Shown here one piece after another: positions 27,046-36,859 of a stretch of DNA of 64,000 nucleotides. The translations under genes and the position numbers were made by a program. Below the pieces are notes generated by a model. That model was not told where the DNA came from. It saw nothing but the letters and a program-made list of their open reading frames with translations, and searched no databases. Each line of letters begins with the position of its first letter. Within the stretch, counting starts at the first letter, position 1. Source of the stretch: an uncultured Candidatus Saccharibacteria bacterium (GTDB lineage Bacteria; Patescibacteriota; JAQUNI01); assembly GCA_964555185.1 (NCBI GenBank), contig CAZKRD010000001.1, positions 239,272 to 303,271 on the forward strand, read 5' to 3'.

Positions 27046-28335
27046 ATGAAGAAACTAATTCAAAAAAAATTAGGGTTTTTTGCCAAGAGGATAATTAAGA
27101 AGTATAAGCCAAGGGTGATTGCTGTGACCGGGAGCGTGGGCAAGACGGGAACCAAGGACGCGATTTTCGAAGTTTTGGCGGCGGGCTATCCGGGGAGAGT
27201 GCGGAAGAGCTCCGAGAATTACAACAACGAATTAGGAGTTCCCTTGACGATCCTTGGTGTGGAGGCGCCAGGGAGGAGTTTGGTCAACTGGATTAAGATT
27301 GGTCTAAAAGCCTGGAAGTTGATTTTGTCGCGGAAAAAGAATTATCCCGAGATTTTGATTTTGGAAATGGCTGCCGACAGGCCTGGCGATATTTCCTATT
27401 TGAGTAAAATAGCGCGGCCTGAAGTGGCAGTGGTTACGGCTGTCGGCCCTTCGCATCTGGAATTTTTTCCTTCTGAAGAAGCGATCCGCGATGAGAAAGA
27501 AAAGCTGGTCAAAGCCGTGCCTAAAAAAGGCTTGATCGTTTTGAATCGGGATGACGAGCGGGCAACTACGATGTGCGGACAGGCGTCAATCCTCAAATAC
27601 GGCATTAAAGAGGATAATGAAGAAGTGAAAGCACATCAAGTGATTGCTTCCGAAATTAAATTTGTTTCACCTGAACGAGGCGGGGCCCTGGCTTTTAAGG
27701 CAAGCTTTAAAGGGACGATTGTGCCTATCCATATGCCCGGGATCATTGGCCGCCATCAGATTTATGCCGCGCTTGCCGCGGTCTGTGCTGGCATCTATTT
27801 TAAAGTGCCTAGCTCCAAGATGAAAGCAGGCCTTTATAATTTCCAGGCGCCGCCAGGCAGGATGCGGCTTTTGGCCGGGATTAAATATACTCTGATTATT
27901 GATGACACTTACAATGCCGCTCCCGCTTCCGCAATTGCCGCGCTTAATACCCTAGCCGGGATCGCGGAAGAGAGAAGGAAAGTAGCGATTATCGGTGATA
28001 TGCTGGAACTCGGGCCCGCGACCGAAGAAGGTCATCGCGAGGTCGGCCGGGTGGCGGCAAAGCTTGTTGATCTTTTAATTACGGTTGGTGATCGCGCCAA
28101 CTTTGCCGCTGATGAGGCGCGTAAACTTGGTTTGCCCGAAGAAAATAATATTGAATACAATTATACAGAGGAAGTGATGGATGATATTGAGAATATTCTA
28201 AAGCCAGGAGATATTGTTCTAGTCAAAGGATCGCAGGCAATGCGGATGGAAAAGATCGTCAAAGACATTATGTTTGAACCCCTAAAGGCGGAAAAGCTCC
28301 TCGTCCGCCAAACCCCAGAATGGCTTGGTAAGTGA
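27046..28335 (+). CDS. murF: UDP-MurNAc-tripeptide--D-Ala-D-Ala ligase
   Basis: VTGSVGKT, NYNNELGVP, DDTYNA, GDMLELG, LVKGSQ. Confidence 0.93.
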   Translation: MKKLIQKKLGFFAKRIIKKYKPRVIAVTGSVGKTGTKDAIFEVLAAGYPGRVRKSSENYNNELGVPLTILGVEAPGRSLVNWIKIGLKAWKLILSRKKNYPEILILEMAADRPGDISYLSKIARPEVAVVTAVGPSHLEFFPSEEAIRDEKEKLVKAVPKKGLIVLNRDDERATTMCGQASILKYGIKEDNEEVKAHQVIASEIKFVSPERGGALAFKASFKGTIVPIHMPGIIGRHQIYAALAAVCAGIYFKVPSSKMKAGLYNFQAPPGRMRLLAGIKYTLIIDDTYNAAPASAIAALNTLAGIAEERRKVAIIGDMLELGPATEEGHREVGRVAAKLVDLLITVGDRANFAADEARKLGLPEENNIEYNYTEEVMDDIENILKPGDIVLVKGSQAMRMEKIVKDIMFEPLKAEKLLVRQTPEWLGK

Positions 28336-28379
28336 GTACAGGCTGTCGTGAGCTAAGGAAGCGAGTGGAGCCTCCTCCT

Positions 28380-28428
28380 GTCATTGCGAGGAGTGAAGCC
28401 CTGCAGGGGCGAGCGACGAAGCAATCTC
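28380..28428. repeat. Half copy of the GTCATTGCGAG REP-like element with a small inserted hairpin
   Basis: GTCATTGCGAGGAG...GCGACGAAGCAATCTC. Confidence 0.65.
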
Positions 28429-28535
28429 ATTGCACGAGGTTGCTTTATTGAAATAAGGTTCTTGTTTGGCTATCAAAATGAAGATATTCTTTAGAGAAAC
28501 TTTTAACTTTGCATTTTTAACTTTTAATTGAATTC

Positions 28536-28607
28536 GCCGCTATCGTCTAGTGGTTAGGACGCCAGGTTCTCATCCTGGTAACCGGGGTTCGATTCCCCGT
28601 AGCGGTA
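28536..28607 (+). tRNA. tRNA-Glu (CTC)
   Basis: Acceptor GCCGCTA/TAGCGGT, anticodon arm CCAGG-TTCTCAT-CCTGG, GTTCGATTC T-loop; CCA not encoded. Confidence 0.93.
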
Positions 28608-28620
28608 CGCGGATAGAATT

Positions 28621-28830
28621 GGGGTCAGGAGCCTTTTAATAGTATAAGCTATGGTATAATTAGTTTATGCCAAGAATAAATAGAATTGATATTTCAGATA
28701 TGGTTTATCATGTTATAAATCGTGCCAATGCGCGAATACAGATCTTTGATCAAGATACAGAATGGTAGGTCATTTTAATTTAAAGTTTACATTGAGAAAC
28801 CCAGGCAGACCCAAAAAAGGCTCCTGACCC
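28621..28830 (+). mobile_element. Internally deleted RAYT (REP-associated tyrosine transposase, IS200-like) remnant with inverted repeats
   Basis: MPRINR..YHVINRAN N-terminus (28667) joined to TLRNPGRPKKGS* C-terminus in another frame; GGGTCAGGAGCCTTTT / AAAAGGCTCCTGACCC ends. Confidence 0.7.
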
Positions 28831-29000
28831 TTTTTTCATTAAGTAAATCCTGGATCCCCGATCAAGTCGGGGATAACATGAGATTTAGGGGTCAGGTCTT
28901 GAATTTGAGATCTTGACCGCTTTTTTATTTTCCCCACAATATAGAAATCTGCTATAATTAAAGCAGGTTTTCAAAAATAATCCCAATAAAATTTAAAACT

Positions 29001-29438
29001 ATGAAAATCGCTATTTGTGGCAGTATTGATTTTACACCTGAAATTAAAAAAGCAGCTGATCAACTATTAGCCAAAGGACACAAGGTTGATTTGCCTACCT
29101 ATTCTAAAAAGATTTTGGAAGGGGAATTAACACTTGAAGAATTCAAAAAAAAGAAAGAAAAAAGCGGAGACTGGTCATTTAGAGTTAAAGTCGATGAAGA
29201 TCTGATTAAAAGATATTTTCAGATTATAAAGGAATCAGATGCTGTTTTAATAGTGAATATTGATAAAAAAGGAATTAAGAACTATATTGGCGGCAATACT
29301 CTTTTGGAAATGGGTTTTGCTTATGTTTTAGACAGAAAGATTTTTCTTCTGAATAATATTCCCAAAATACATTATACTGATGAGATCAAGGCAATGCAGC
29401 CGATTATTCTTAATCGTGATTTATCCAGGATTAAATAG
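29001..29438 (+). CDS. Nucleoside 2-deoxyribosyltransferase-like protein
   Basis: KIAICGS, SDAVLIVN, YIGGNTLLEMGFA. Confidence 0.7.
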   Translation: MKIAICGSIDFTPEIKKAADQLLAKGHKVDLPTYSKKILEGELTLEEFKKKKEKSGDWSFRVKVDEDLIKRYFQIIKESDAVLIVNIDKKGIKNYIGGNTLLEMGFAYVLDRKIFLLNNIPKIHYTDEIKAMQPIILNRDLSRIK

Positions 29439-29614
29439 GGATCAAAATACTTCTTTGAAATTAAAAATAATTAAAAATCTTTCTGGTCTAATCCAAGAAA
29501 ATTTTGAGAAAGACTTGGCCCCAACTATTCTTGGCCCCAACTGTTCAAGCAAGTACAATTAGAGGGTAAGATCATCTTATTATACGTTGCAAGATAAAAA
29601 TTAAAACAAAAACT

Positions 29615-32080
29615 ATGTATTCTGCGCGAATACCAAAAACAAAAATAAACAAAGTTTTGTTGATCAGTGTTATTGTGATGGGAGTAATTATTTTAGGCAC
29701 CGGAGGTTACTTTGGGGTCCGCTGGTTTTTAATCAAACAGGCCCATGCTAAGATTTTTACAGGTGTTTTAAAAGTTAAGCTGCCCAAGAGTATTTCGCGG
29801 CAGGATCTTCAAAACCCGACTGAAGAAATAGAGCAGCAGTTAACTGCTTTGACCAATGAAGCCTTAAGGAATAAGCCGGAAGTGAACAGAATAATGGAAT
29901 TGGATCAAGATTCAAGGCCTGCAATAAGTGTTGTTTTGACTGAAGGCAATAAGCCCATCCTGCCGAATACTGAACAAGCCGCTTCTGACGGAAAGCCAAC
30001 TTCCACCCCTATTCCTGTTGAAGAAGATGAAGATGATGAAGAAGAAGAAGGGGAAGAAGATGAAGACCAAGGCAATGGTGATCATGGAGATGAAGATGGG
30101 CCCGAACCGCCGCCACCTCCTCCGCTACCTACTTTAAATTTTGAATGGGACGAAGACGAATTGGAATATGACCATTGTAATGATGCAAAAAGCAAATTTG
30201 AGGAGTTTTATCCTGCAATAGAAGATGTGTATGGTCGTCCTTGCCAGCCTCAAACAATAAAAGTGCATTGTATCAGACAGGGCCAGCAGAATATCCCTTC
30301 TTATTATAATGTTTCTACGAAAGAGATATTTTTAAATGCTCCCGAGGACCCGGGCGAACATTATGATCCAGAATATGCTCCTGTTGTCGCGCTTTACCAA
30401 ATTGTCCATTTAATCTTGGCTAGTCTTCATGATGAGTTCGTACCTTTTTTACCTGAAGTTTGGGAGCGCGGCTTTACTGATGTTGTTACTCCGATCATCT
30501 TTGGAAATATTCATGGGCATTATCCCTTTACTTGGCAGAGCTATCGAGGGATTTATGAAAAAGTGAATACTCCTCTTTTTGCTTTTCAGGATGGTAATGG
30601 TATTGGGAATTATAATATGGATATTCATGTTTATAATCCCCTTGATGTTTTAGGAGTTGCTTGGCAGAAAGTATATCTGGAAGACGGGGATTTCTTTAAA
30701 AATTTTAATGCAGAGCTGTGTGAGCAAACCCCAGATGCGAGTCTTAAAACTAAGTTGGTTGATTTAGCAAAAGGAGTCTTGCCCCAGGTAGAAGGTCAGG
30801 ATTTTGCTGCCTGGTATAATGATCAATACGTGCTTAATATTGATAATATGCCTTATGGTGAGTTTTATCATGCTGATGTTTTGGATAATATTAACCAATA
30901 TCCTCCTATCTATGTTGCTTTTGAAAATAAAAGAGACGGAAGTAAAATAAATGTGGGGAGCGGTACTTATCAAGCGCAGTTTTTTGATAATAATGGTAAT
31001 CTGTTGGGCACGCCGGCAATGAGGAGAAATGTCCGGGGCGTTGCTGGTCTTTCTGATAATTTTCCCACTCCTCCAATGGGAAATTATACAGGATTAGCGG
31101 AGATCATTGTTTCATCTCTTCAGGGTCAATCTATTTCTGCGTTAACAACCCATGTTTATTATCAAAATGGTTTGCCGCCAACTTTTGCTACGGCAAAGGG
31201 GGTTTACGGCGCTATCCCGGGCGCAACCCAAGGTCAGGTGAGCGTAACCCATCTTGCTTCAGGCGCGAAATTATTCAGCCAAATAGACAAGGGCGCGTTC
31301 CTATTTCCAGAATTTTATGGTAGTGTGGGTCAGTTTAAGATAGAGTATGATGATTATCAAAATGATATTCATGCGTCACGCTTGGTAAATAAAGTGATTG
31401 GTAATTGTTTTGTTTATTTGAGAGTGGATATGCCTCCGCCCGTGCTTTCGCCGCCTGGAGATACCACTCCCGAGATTCCGCCTAGTGATACTACGCCTGA
31501 AGAAGAATCAGAAGAGCGTCCTTCTTCAAGAGGAGGAGAGGAGGAAGAGGAGGAGGAACAACCTCCCGGTGAAGGACAAGCAGATTTTATGATCCTTTAT
31601 GGACCAGATAATTTTTTCTCGGTTAAATATCCCCGGACCTGGGATATAGAAGGGGAATTGCCTGTGATTAATTTCACAAGCCCGAATTATGATTCGGAGG
31701 CCTGGGGCGATGTTATCCCAGAGGGCGGAATGTGGACCATCCCAGAAACAGAACGTGAACCAACGCCTGGCGATGAGCAAATTATGTTCGCTGTAAGCAC
31801 GGCCAAAGACGAAGACATTGCCCGAGTCAGACAAGAAGCCGCCGAAGGAGTTGATGTGGCACTTTATGGTGGTGATTTTACCTTGACTCAATTGAATGTT
31901 CCAGGAGCCGACATCGCGGTCAAAGGAGTGTACGGAATAAATAATGTAAGCATGATGCGCAACGCCATGGAACTTGAGGCGATTAAAGATCATACTCGGA
32001 TATACATTAGTTGCTCTATGCATCTAGAAAGTACAAAAAGAGTTTGCGAAGGCATAATGGATTCTTTGAGTTTTGAATAG
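29615..32080 (+). CDS. Large N-anchored extracellular multidomain protein with degenerate zincin-like motif
   Basis: TM anchor, acidic/Pro linkers, HLILASLHD..WERGF, C-terminal FSVKYPRTW PsbP-like segment. Confidence 0.6.
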   Translation: MYSARIPKTKINKVLLISVIVMGVIILGTGGYFGVRWFLIKQAHAKIFTGVLKVKLPKSISRQDLQNPTEEIEQQLTALTNEALRNKPEVNRIMELDQDSRPAISVVLTEGNKPILPNTEQAASDGKPTSTPIPVEEDEDDEEEEGEEDEDQGNGDHGDEDGPEPPPPPPLPTLNFEWDEDELEYDHCNDAKSKFEEFYPAIEDVYGRPCQPQTIKVHCIRQGQQNIPSYYNVSTKEIFLNAPEDPGEHYDPEYAPVVALYQIVHLILASLHDEFVPFLPEVWERGFTDVVTPIIFGNIHGHYPFTWQSYRGIYEKVNTPLFAFQDGNGIGNYNMDIHVYNPLDVLGVAWQKVYLEDGDFFKNFNAELCEQTPDASLKTKLVDLAKGVLPQVEGQDFAAWYNDQYVLNIDNMPYGEFYHADVLDNINQYPPIYVAFENKRDGSKINVGSGTYQAQFFDNNGNLLGTPAMRRNVRGVAGLSDNFPTPPMGNYTGLAEIIVSSLQGQSISALTTHVYYQNGLPPTFATAKGVYGAIPGATQGQVSVTHLASGAKLFSQIDKGAFLFPEFYGSVGQFKIEYDDYQNDIHASRLVNKVIGNCFVYLRVDMPPPVLSPPGDTTPEIPPSDTTPEEESEERPSSRGGEEEEEEEQPPGEGQADFMILYGPDNFFSVKYPRTWDIEGELPVINFTSPNYDSEAWGDVIPEGGMWTIPETEREPTPGDEQIMFAVSTAKDEDIARVRQEAAEGVDVALYGGDFTLTQLNVPGADIAVKGVYGINNVSMMRNAMELEAIKDHTRIYISCSMHLESTKRVCEGIMDSLSFE

Positions 32081-32252
32081 AGACGAAGATGGTGGAGATG
32101 GGGTCAAGTCTTGTATTTTGGTATCTGCATTGGCCTCTTTTTTTGTTTCCCAAAAGATAGATTGACCGTTATCTATTTATGTGTTATATTGTTTGCGTCC
32201 TGAAAAATGTGTTTTGACTTATTTTTGAAATTTCCAAAAGGAGGGAAAGGCT

Positions 32253-32804
32253 ATGAATGAGAATGAAATGAAGAAGAAAGAGTTTGAGGAGATTGCCTTC
32301 CAGTATATGGATTCGCTTTATAGCCTTGCTTTGAAAATGGCAAGGAATAACAGCGATGCACAAGATCTGGTCCAGGACGCATACTTGAAGGCTTATCGGT
32401 TCTTTGATAAGTTTGAGAAGGGTACGAATTTCAAAGCATGGTTGTTCAGGATTCTCAAGAACGCTTACATAAATAAGTGTCGCAGGACAGCCAGGCAGCC
32501 GCAAAGAGTGACTCTTTCTGAACTTGATGAGTATGATTACCCGCAAGATGACGTATCGCCTGAAGATCAAATCTTCGACGGACTTATCGGGGATGAGGTT
32601 ACTGCCGCCATAGATCAATTGCCCGAGGAGTTTCGTCTGACCATTATACTGTCAGACCTGCGGGGATTTTCATACAAGGAGGTGGCGGACATGCTCAACC
32701 GTCCATTGGGCACAGTAATGTCGAGATTGTATCGAGGACGGAGGCTTTTAAGGGAGAGTCTTAGGGATTATGCGGCAGAATTTGGTTATGCTGTCGCATC
32801 TTAG
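32253..32804 (+). CDS. ECF sigma factor (SigH/SigR-like)
   Basis: DAQDLVQDAYLKAYRFF, GTNFKAWLFRIL.N, FSYKEVA..PLGTVMSRLYRGR; own promoter (32162-32190) and strong SD. Confidence 0.9.
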   Translation: MNENEMKKKEFEEIAFQYMDSLYSLALKMARNNSDAQDLVQDAYLKAYRFFDKFEKGTNFKAWLFRILKNAYINKCRRTARQPQRVTLSELDEYDYPQDDVSPEDQIFDGLIGDEVTAAIDQLPEEFRLTIILSDLRGFSYKEVADMLNRPLGTVMSRLYRGRRLLRESLRDYAAEFGYAVAS

Positions 32805-32824
32805 AGAAAAGGAGGATAAGAAAA

Positions 32825-33211
32825 ATGGCTGTTACGAAAAAGGAAATAATAGAAACAATTGATGATATGCCAACCCTGGATCTACGTCGCCTGGTCGAAG
32901 GCATGGGAAAGAGATTCGGCGTACCTGTGACTATGCCAACTCCCGCGAAGACAGGAGCATCCCAGGAAATGCAAGAAGAGGCGACAGAATTTGATGTCGT
33001 GCTTACCTCTGTTGGTCTCAAGAAGATCGTGATAATCAAGGAAGTAAGAGCGATCGCGGAATTGGACTTAAGATCTTCGAAGGCGTTGGTTGATGATGTA
33101 GAGGAAGGTGGAGAAGCAGTGATCAAATCCATGGTCAGCAAGGCAGTAGCAGAAGCATATCAGAAACAAATAGAGCAATGGGGAGCAACAGTAAAACTTC
33201 GTCCTTCTTAG
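32825..33211 (+). CDS. rplL2: Second, divergent ribosomal protein L7/L12
   Basis: IIETIDDMPTLDL..L..RFGV, TEFDVVL, KIVIIKEVRAI, GATVKL. Confidence 0.85.
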   Translation: MAVTKKEIIETIDDMPTLDLRRLVEGMGKRFGVPVTMPTPAKTGASQEMQEEATEFDVVLTSVGLKKIVIIKEVRAIAELDLRSSKALVDDVEEGGEAVIKSMVSKAVAEAYQKQIEQWGATVKLRPS

Positions 33212-33325
33212 GTGAGACCAGAAAACAGTTCTTTACTTCAGGTCCGTTTGAATACTTTATTCGCGGACTTTTTTATTACCGAGAAAAAAATCGACAATTA
33301 GCAAAATTTTGGTTAAGATAAGGAT

Positions 33326-33979
33326 ATGAATAAAAAAGAGATTATTTCAGAAGTTAAAAAATATTTAGAAAAACAATTATTGGGTGAGGGTACGGGCCAT
33401 GATTTTTGGCATGTCCTGCGGGTAGCCGAGATGGCTAAAAAGATCTCACGAGGCGAAGGCGGGGATTTATTTCTAGTAGAACTTGCCGCACTTTTGCATG
33501 AGATCGCGGATTGGAAGTTCGCGGACAAAGGCAAGCAGACAGCAAGAGAGAAAATTACTGACTTACTTTGTAAATTAGAGGTTGATCCAGAAGTGATTAG
33601 TAAGGTTATTGAGATTGAGCAGAATGTTTCTTTCAAAGGCGCGGGTGTTAAAGACAAAATGAAAAGTTTAGAAGGCAAGATTGTACAAGACGCTGACCGG
33701 CTTGATGTCTTGGGCGCAATCGGTATTGCTCGGGTTTTTGCTTATGGCGGTTATATGCAAAGGGAAATGTATAATCCTAAAATGAAACCAAAACTGCATA
33801 AAACCTTTGCGGAATACAAAAAAAGCAAAGGCACTTCAATCAATCATTTTTACGAAAAGATTTTATTGGTTCGCGACAGATTGAATACAAAAACCGCGAA
33901 GAGGATCGCGGACAAAAGACAAAAATTCACCGAAGAATATTTAAAGCAGTTCTTCCGGGAGTGGAAAGGGGAGTTATGA
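33326..33979 (+). CDS. HD-domain phosphohydrolase (YedJ-like)
   Basis: GHDFWHVLRV, ALLHE, VQDADRLD, HFYEK. Confidence 0.88.
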   Translation: MNKKEIISEVKKYLEKQLLGEGTGHDFWHVLRVAEMAKKISRGEGGDLFLVELAALLHEIADWKFADKGKQTAREKITDLLCKLEVDPEVISKVIEIEQNVSFKGAGVKDKMKSLEGKIVQDADRLDVLGAIGIARVFAYGGYMQREMYNPKMKPKLHKTFAEYKKSKGTSINHFYEKILLVRDRLNTKTAKRIADKRQKFTEEYLKQFFREWKGEL

Positions 33980-34181
33980 CAGAAAATTAGTTATCCACAG
34001 TTCTTAAACTATACCCTTACTTAGATATTTCCCCAAACGAAAGAGAATCATTGGGGATTTTTTTTATTGTTTATTTTAGAAAATGTTGACTTTTTATCAT
34101 AAATATGACATAATAGAATGTAAGTTTTAGTTTTAGAAAATAGCTCATTGCATTTCATTTATATCCAAGGAGGGGAGAAAA

Positions 34182-34535
34182 ATGGAAGAAGGGGTTAAAG
34201 TTGATAGCTGGTGGCATTATTGGTTTCATACAATAATGGCAAGTCTAGCTTATATTCTAGCTCATATTGCCGATTACTTTTTTACTGTCTTTGGTATTCT
34301 GAAAAAGTTATCTCAAGAAGCCAATCCAGTAGTGCAGGGATATATTGAAGCTTTTGGATTATTTAGTGGCATAGTGATCTGTAAGGTATTGATGTGTACT
34401 ATTATCATCCTCGGCGTAATAGTTACTCGTCTTGCTTACAGAGCAAAGGGAGTTGAGTTTAGGGTTGAATTTGTCTTGTACCTAGGTGCTTTTATGACCT
34501 TTTTTGGTGGCGCTTTATGGCTCATTCGGCTTTGA
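34182..34535 (+). CDS. Small membrane protein (DUF5658-like)
   Basis: AD.FFT..G...EANP motif, hydrophobic helices; own promoter and SD. Confidence 0.6.
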   Translation: MEEGVKVDSWWHYWFHTIMASLAYILAHIADYFFTVFGILKKLSQEANPVVQGYIEAFGLFSGIVICKVLMCTIIILGVIVTRLAYRAKGVEFRVEFVLYLGAFMTFFGGALWLIRL

Positions 34536-34744
34536 TTGGGTTGCTGAAATTCACTTATTCTGGGTAAATTTTAGCAAGATTCTTGCTGTTTTACGCCTTA
34601 TTTAAGCCGAAAATTGACAGAACTATTGACTTTTTGGGCCATATGTGATATAGTTGCATTTCTGATTTTGAATGATCTTTTGATCTTTTGGTTTTTGGGA
34701 TTCGCTTTGCATGGAACTTCATAGGTAGGAAGGAGAACGAACAA

Positions 34745-35617
34745 ATGGGACACTTGAATTTCAGCTTAGGTAGCGTGGTGGATGGCGAGACTTCGGTGGA
34801 GGCTAATGTATCGATTGAGAGTGCTGGCAATCCACTAAGTATTGGCTCAGATGGGGCCTTGGGAACTTTCTCTCCCGGTAAGACTTTGACAGTAATGGTT
34901 CGGGTACCGGCGAGATATCATCTCGAGAGCTTCTGCGCTCATCGGGACAAAGACACTGGCGGAGACCCGATTTACCAAATGTTAAAGGGGGTTACTTGGC
35001 AGGATCAGCTGATCTATCGTTGGAATGTAAAGACCCAAGGGAAGCCACCGAAAGGATTTACCCAATGGCCAGACAACCAGATTTATGTTGTGGCTAAGCT
35101 GGGCAAGGGTCACTTTCGGATCTTCCAGGTCTCGATCGCAGCCCAGGATTACCGGCTTTACCTTCGTACTCAGATGCTCTATGGAGGGCAGGTAGTAGAG
35201 AAGGATGGTAAGCCCGTGATCTCTGATCCATATTTCTTGCCTTGGCAAGGGTTGGACGATGTCATCATCAAGCGTTTTCAGTATCAATCGCTTGCTCTAG
35301 AACCTGCGGAATACGAAGTTCTGAATTGGGATTGGGTTGATGAGCCTGGCGTGATTACAAATGAAAGCCACATCCCGCACTTTAAGTCCGATGATCTCTC
35401 AGAAGGAAAAGGGAGAGTAGACTACTTCACCGAAAGCAAGGGAACTGGTGGAGTGGTAGTAAGGTGGCACGGCAAACTCTATTGTGCTCGTCTCCATCAG
35501 ACCGCTTTGCCAGGGGATAAGGGTTTTCGGACAATTATGGCTGGCCAGGTGTTCAATTTTGATCGGTTCATCAAAGCCAGAGACGACAGTTGGGAAGTGA
35601 AAGGAGTGAGCCGATAG
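34745..35617 (+). CDS. Hypothetical protein with C-terminal degenerate cold-shock (OB) domain
   Basis: GRVDYFTESKGTG and RLHQTALPGDKGFRTIMAGQVFNF resemble CSD RNP1/RNP2; AGGAG SD before ATG 34745. Confidence 0.6.
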   Translation: MGHLNFSLGSVVDGETSVEANVSIESAGNPLSIGSDGALGTFSPGKTLTVMVRVPARYHLESFCAHRDKDTGGDPIYQMLKGVTWQDQLIYRWNVKTQGKPPKGFTQWPDNQIYVVAKLGKGHFRIFQVSIAAQDYRLYLRTQMLYGGQVVEKDGKPVISDPYFLPWQGLDDVIIKRFQYQSLALEPAEYEVLNWDWVDEPGVITNESHIPHFKSDDLSEGKGRVDYFTESKGTGGVVVRWHGKLYCARLHQTALPGDKGFRTIMAGQVFNFDRFIKARDDSWEVKGVSR

Positions 35618-35758
35618 TCCTTCCTGGGGCCTGACAATGTTTGTTTCTAAAACATAATGTCAGGCTCCAAAACCTTTTTTCTTCGGTGAAAAAGTTGTAC
35701 AATGTTATTACGAGGGAGAATAAATGATTTATTTAATCTTCATCGCAATCACAATCGT

Positions 35759-36697
35759 ATGCAATATCATACTATAGCCTTGTTTCCTAAACTTCAGCCA
35801 GATACTTTACTGGCTTTGTTTTTACTCAAAAAATTTGGAGAGAAGAAGTTTCCTGGAGTCTCTCAAGCAAAATTAAAATTCTGGACTCAGCTTCCTCAAG
35901 GCAAAACTGCGAAGGAGCTTGAGTCTTCTGGTCATATTTTAATTGATATTGGTGAAGGCTTTTTTGATCATCACAGGGAGAATATGGAAAAAGAGACAAA
36001 GAGATGTGTCAGTGAAATTATCGCGGATTATTTAGGGATCGCCGACGATTCTGCTTTGAAAAAACTTTTGGCTTATGCGCGTCGTGATGATTTAGAGGGC
36101 AAGGGGACAATCTCCTCGGATCCTTTAGATCGCGCTTTTGGTCTTTCTGGGATTTTAATGAATCTGAATAAATCTTTTCCTGAGAAACTGGAAGGGATTG
36201 CTAATTTAGTTTTAGATATTTATGAAGCGCATTATGTTGAAGAGGAAAAGCGGACAAGGTTAATGCCCGAAGAATGGAAGAAATTAAAAGGATCCGGAAA
36301 AGCAAAAGAATGGTCGTTAATCCGCGGCAATAAACAGGTGCGGATTGTTTTGGTGCAGACAGACAATCAAAGCTTGCCTGGATTCTTGCGCGCCTATATC
36401 CATGTTGATATTGTGATTGTGCGTACTCAGACAGGACACGCTAATATTATCACCCAACAAAAAAAGCCTTTAGACTTGAGCGGCTTGGTTGCAAAAATCA
36501 GGCATGCGGAAGCAGAGAAGAGAGGGGTTAAGTTAGATTACAGCGAAGCTGAATGGCAGAAACCAGGGATCTTGGCGGGGATTCCTGAATGGTTTTATGA
36601 CACTGCGGCGAATTCAATTCAAAATGGCGGGATTAAACCGCAAAATGTTCCAGCGACAAAATTAACAGATGAAGATTTTCAGGAATTGTTAAAATAG
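35759..36697 (+). CDS. DHH/MYG1-like phosphoesterase superfamily protein
   Basis: QPDT, IDIG.G.FDHH motifs. Confidence 0.5.
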   Translation: MQYHTIALFPKLQPDTLLALFLLKKFGEKKFPGVSQAKLKFWTQLPQGKTAKELESSGHILIDIGEGFFDHHRENMEKETKRCVSEIIADYLGIADDSALKKLLAYARRDDLEGKGTISSDPLDRAFGLSGILMNLNKSFPEKLEGIANLVLDIYEAHYVEEEKRTRLMPEEWKKLKGSGKAKEWSLIRGNKQVRIVLVQTDNQSLPGFLRAYIHVDIVIVRTQTGHANIITQQKKPLDLSGLVAKIRHAEAEKRGVKLDYSEAEWQKPGILAGIPEWFYDTAANSIQNGGIKPQNVPATKLTDEDFQELLK

Positions 36698-36766
36698 ATT
36701 ATCAATAGCAAAAATAGCCTATGTTAAAGGGCTATTTTTGTTTTTTTCAGACTATTTTATACTAAA

Positions 36767-36839
36767 TTAGCACTCACCCTTGACAAGTGCTAAGAGGGGG
36801 TGTACATTTAAATTAGCAGACTAACATTGAGAGTGCTAA
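36767..36839 (+). promoter_or_regulatory. Two tandem CIRCE operators overlapping the hrcA promoter
   Basis: TTAGCACTC-N9-AAGTGCTAA (36767-36793) and TTAGCAGAC-N9-GAGTGCTAA (36813-36839); TTGACA-17-TACATT. Confidence 0.88.
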
Positions 36840-36859
36840 CTGTTGTGGATAACTCTTTT

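Noticed and set aside
28608-36700. Prophage or integrative island downstream of tRNA-Glu (and likewise at tRNA-Lys)
   Set aside because: No integrase, no phage genes and no duplicated tRNA 3' end seen; better explained as accumulated small cassettes
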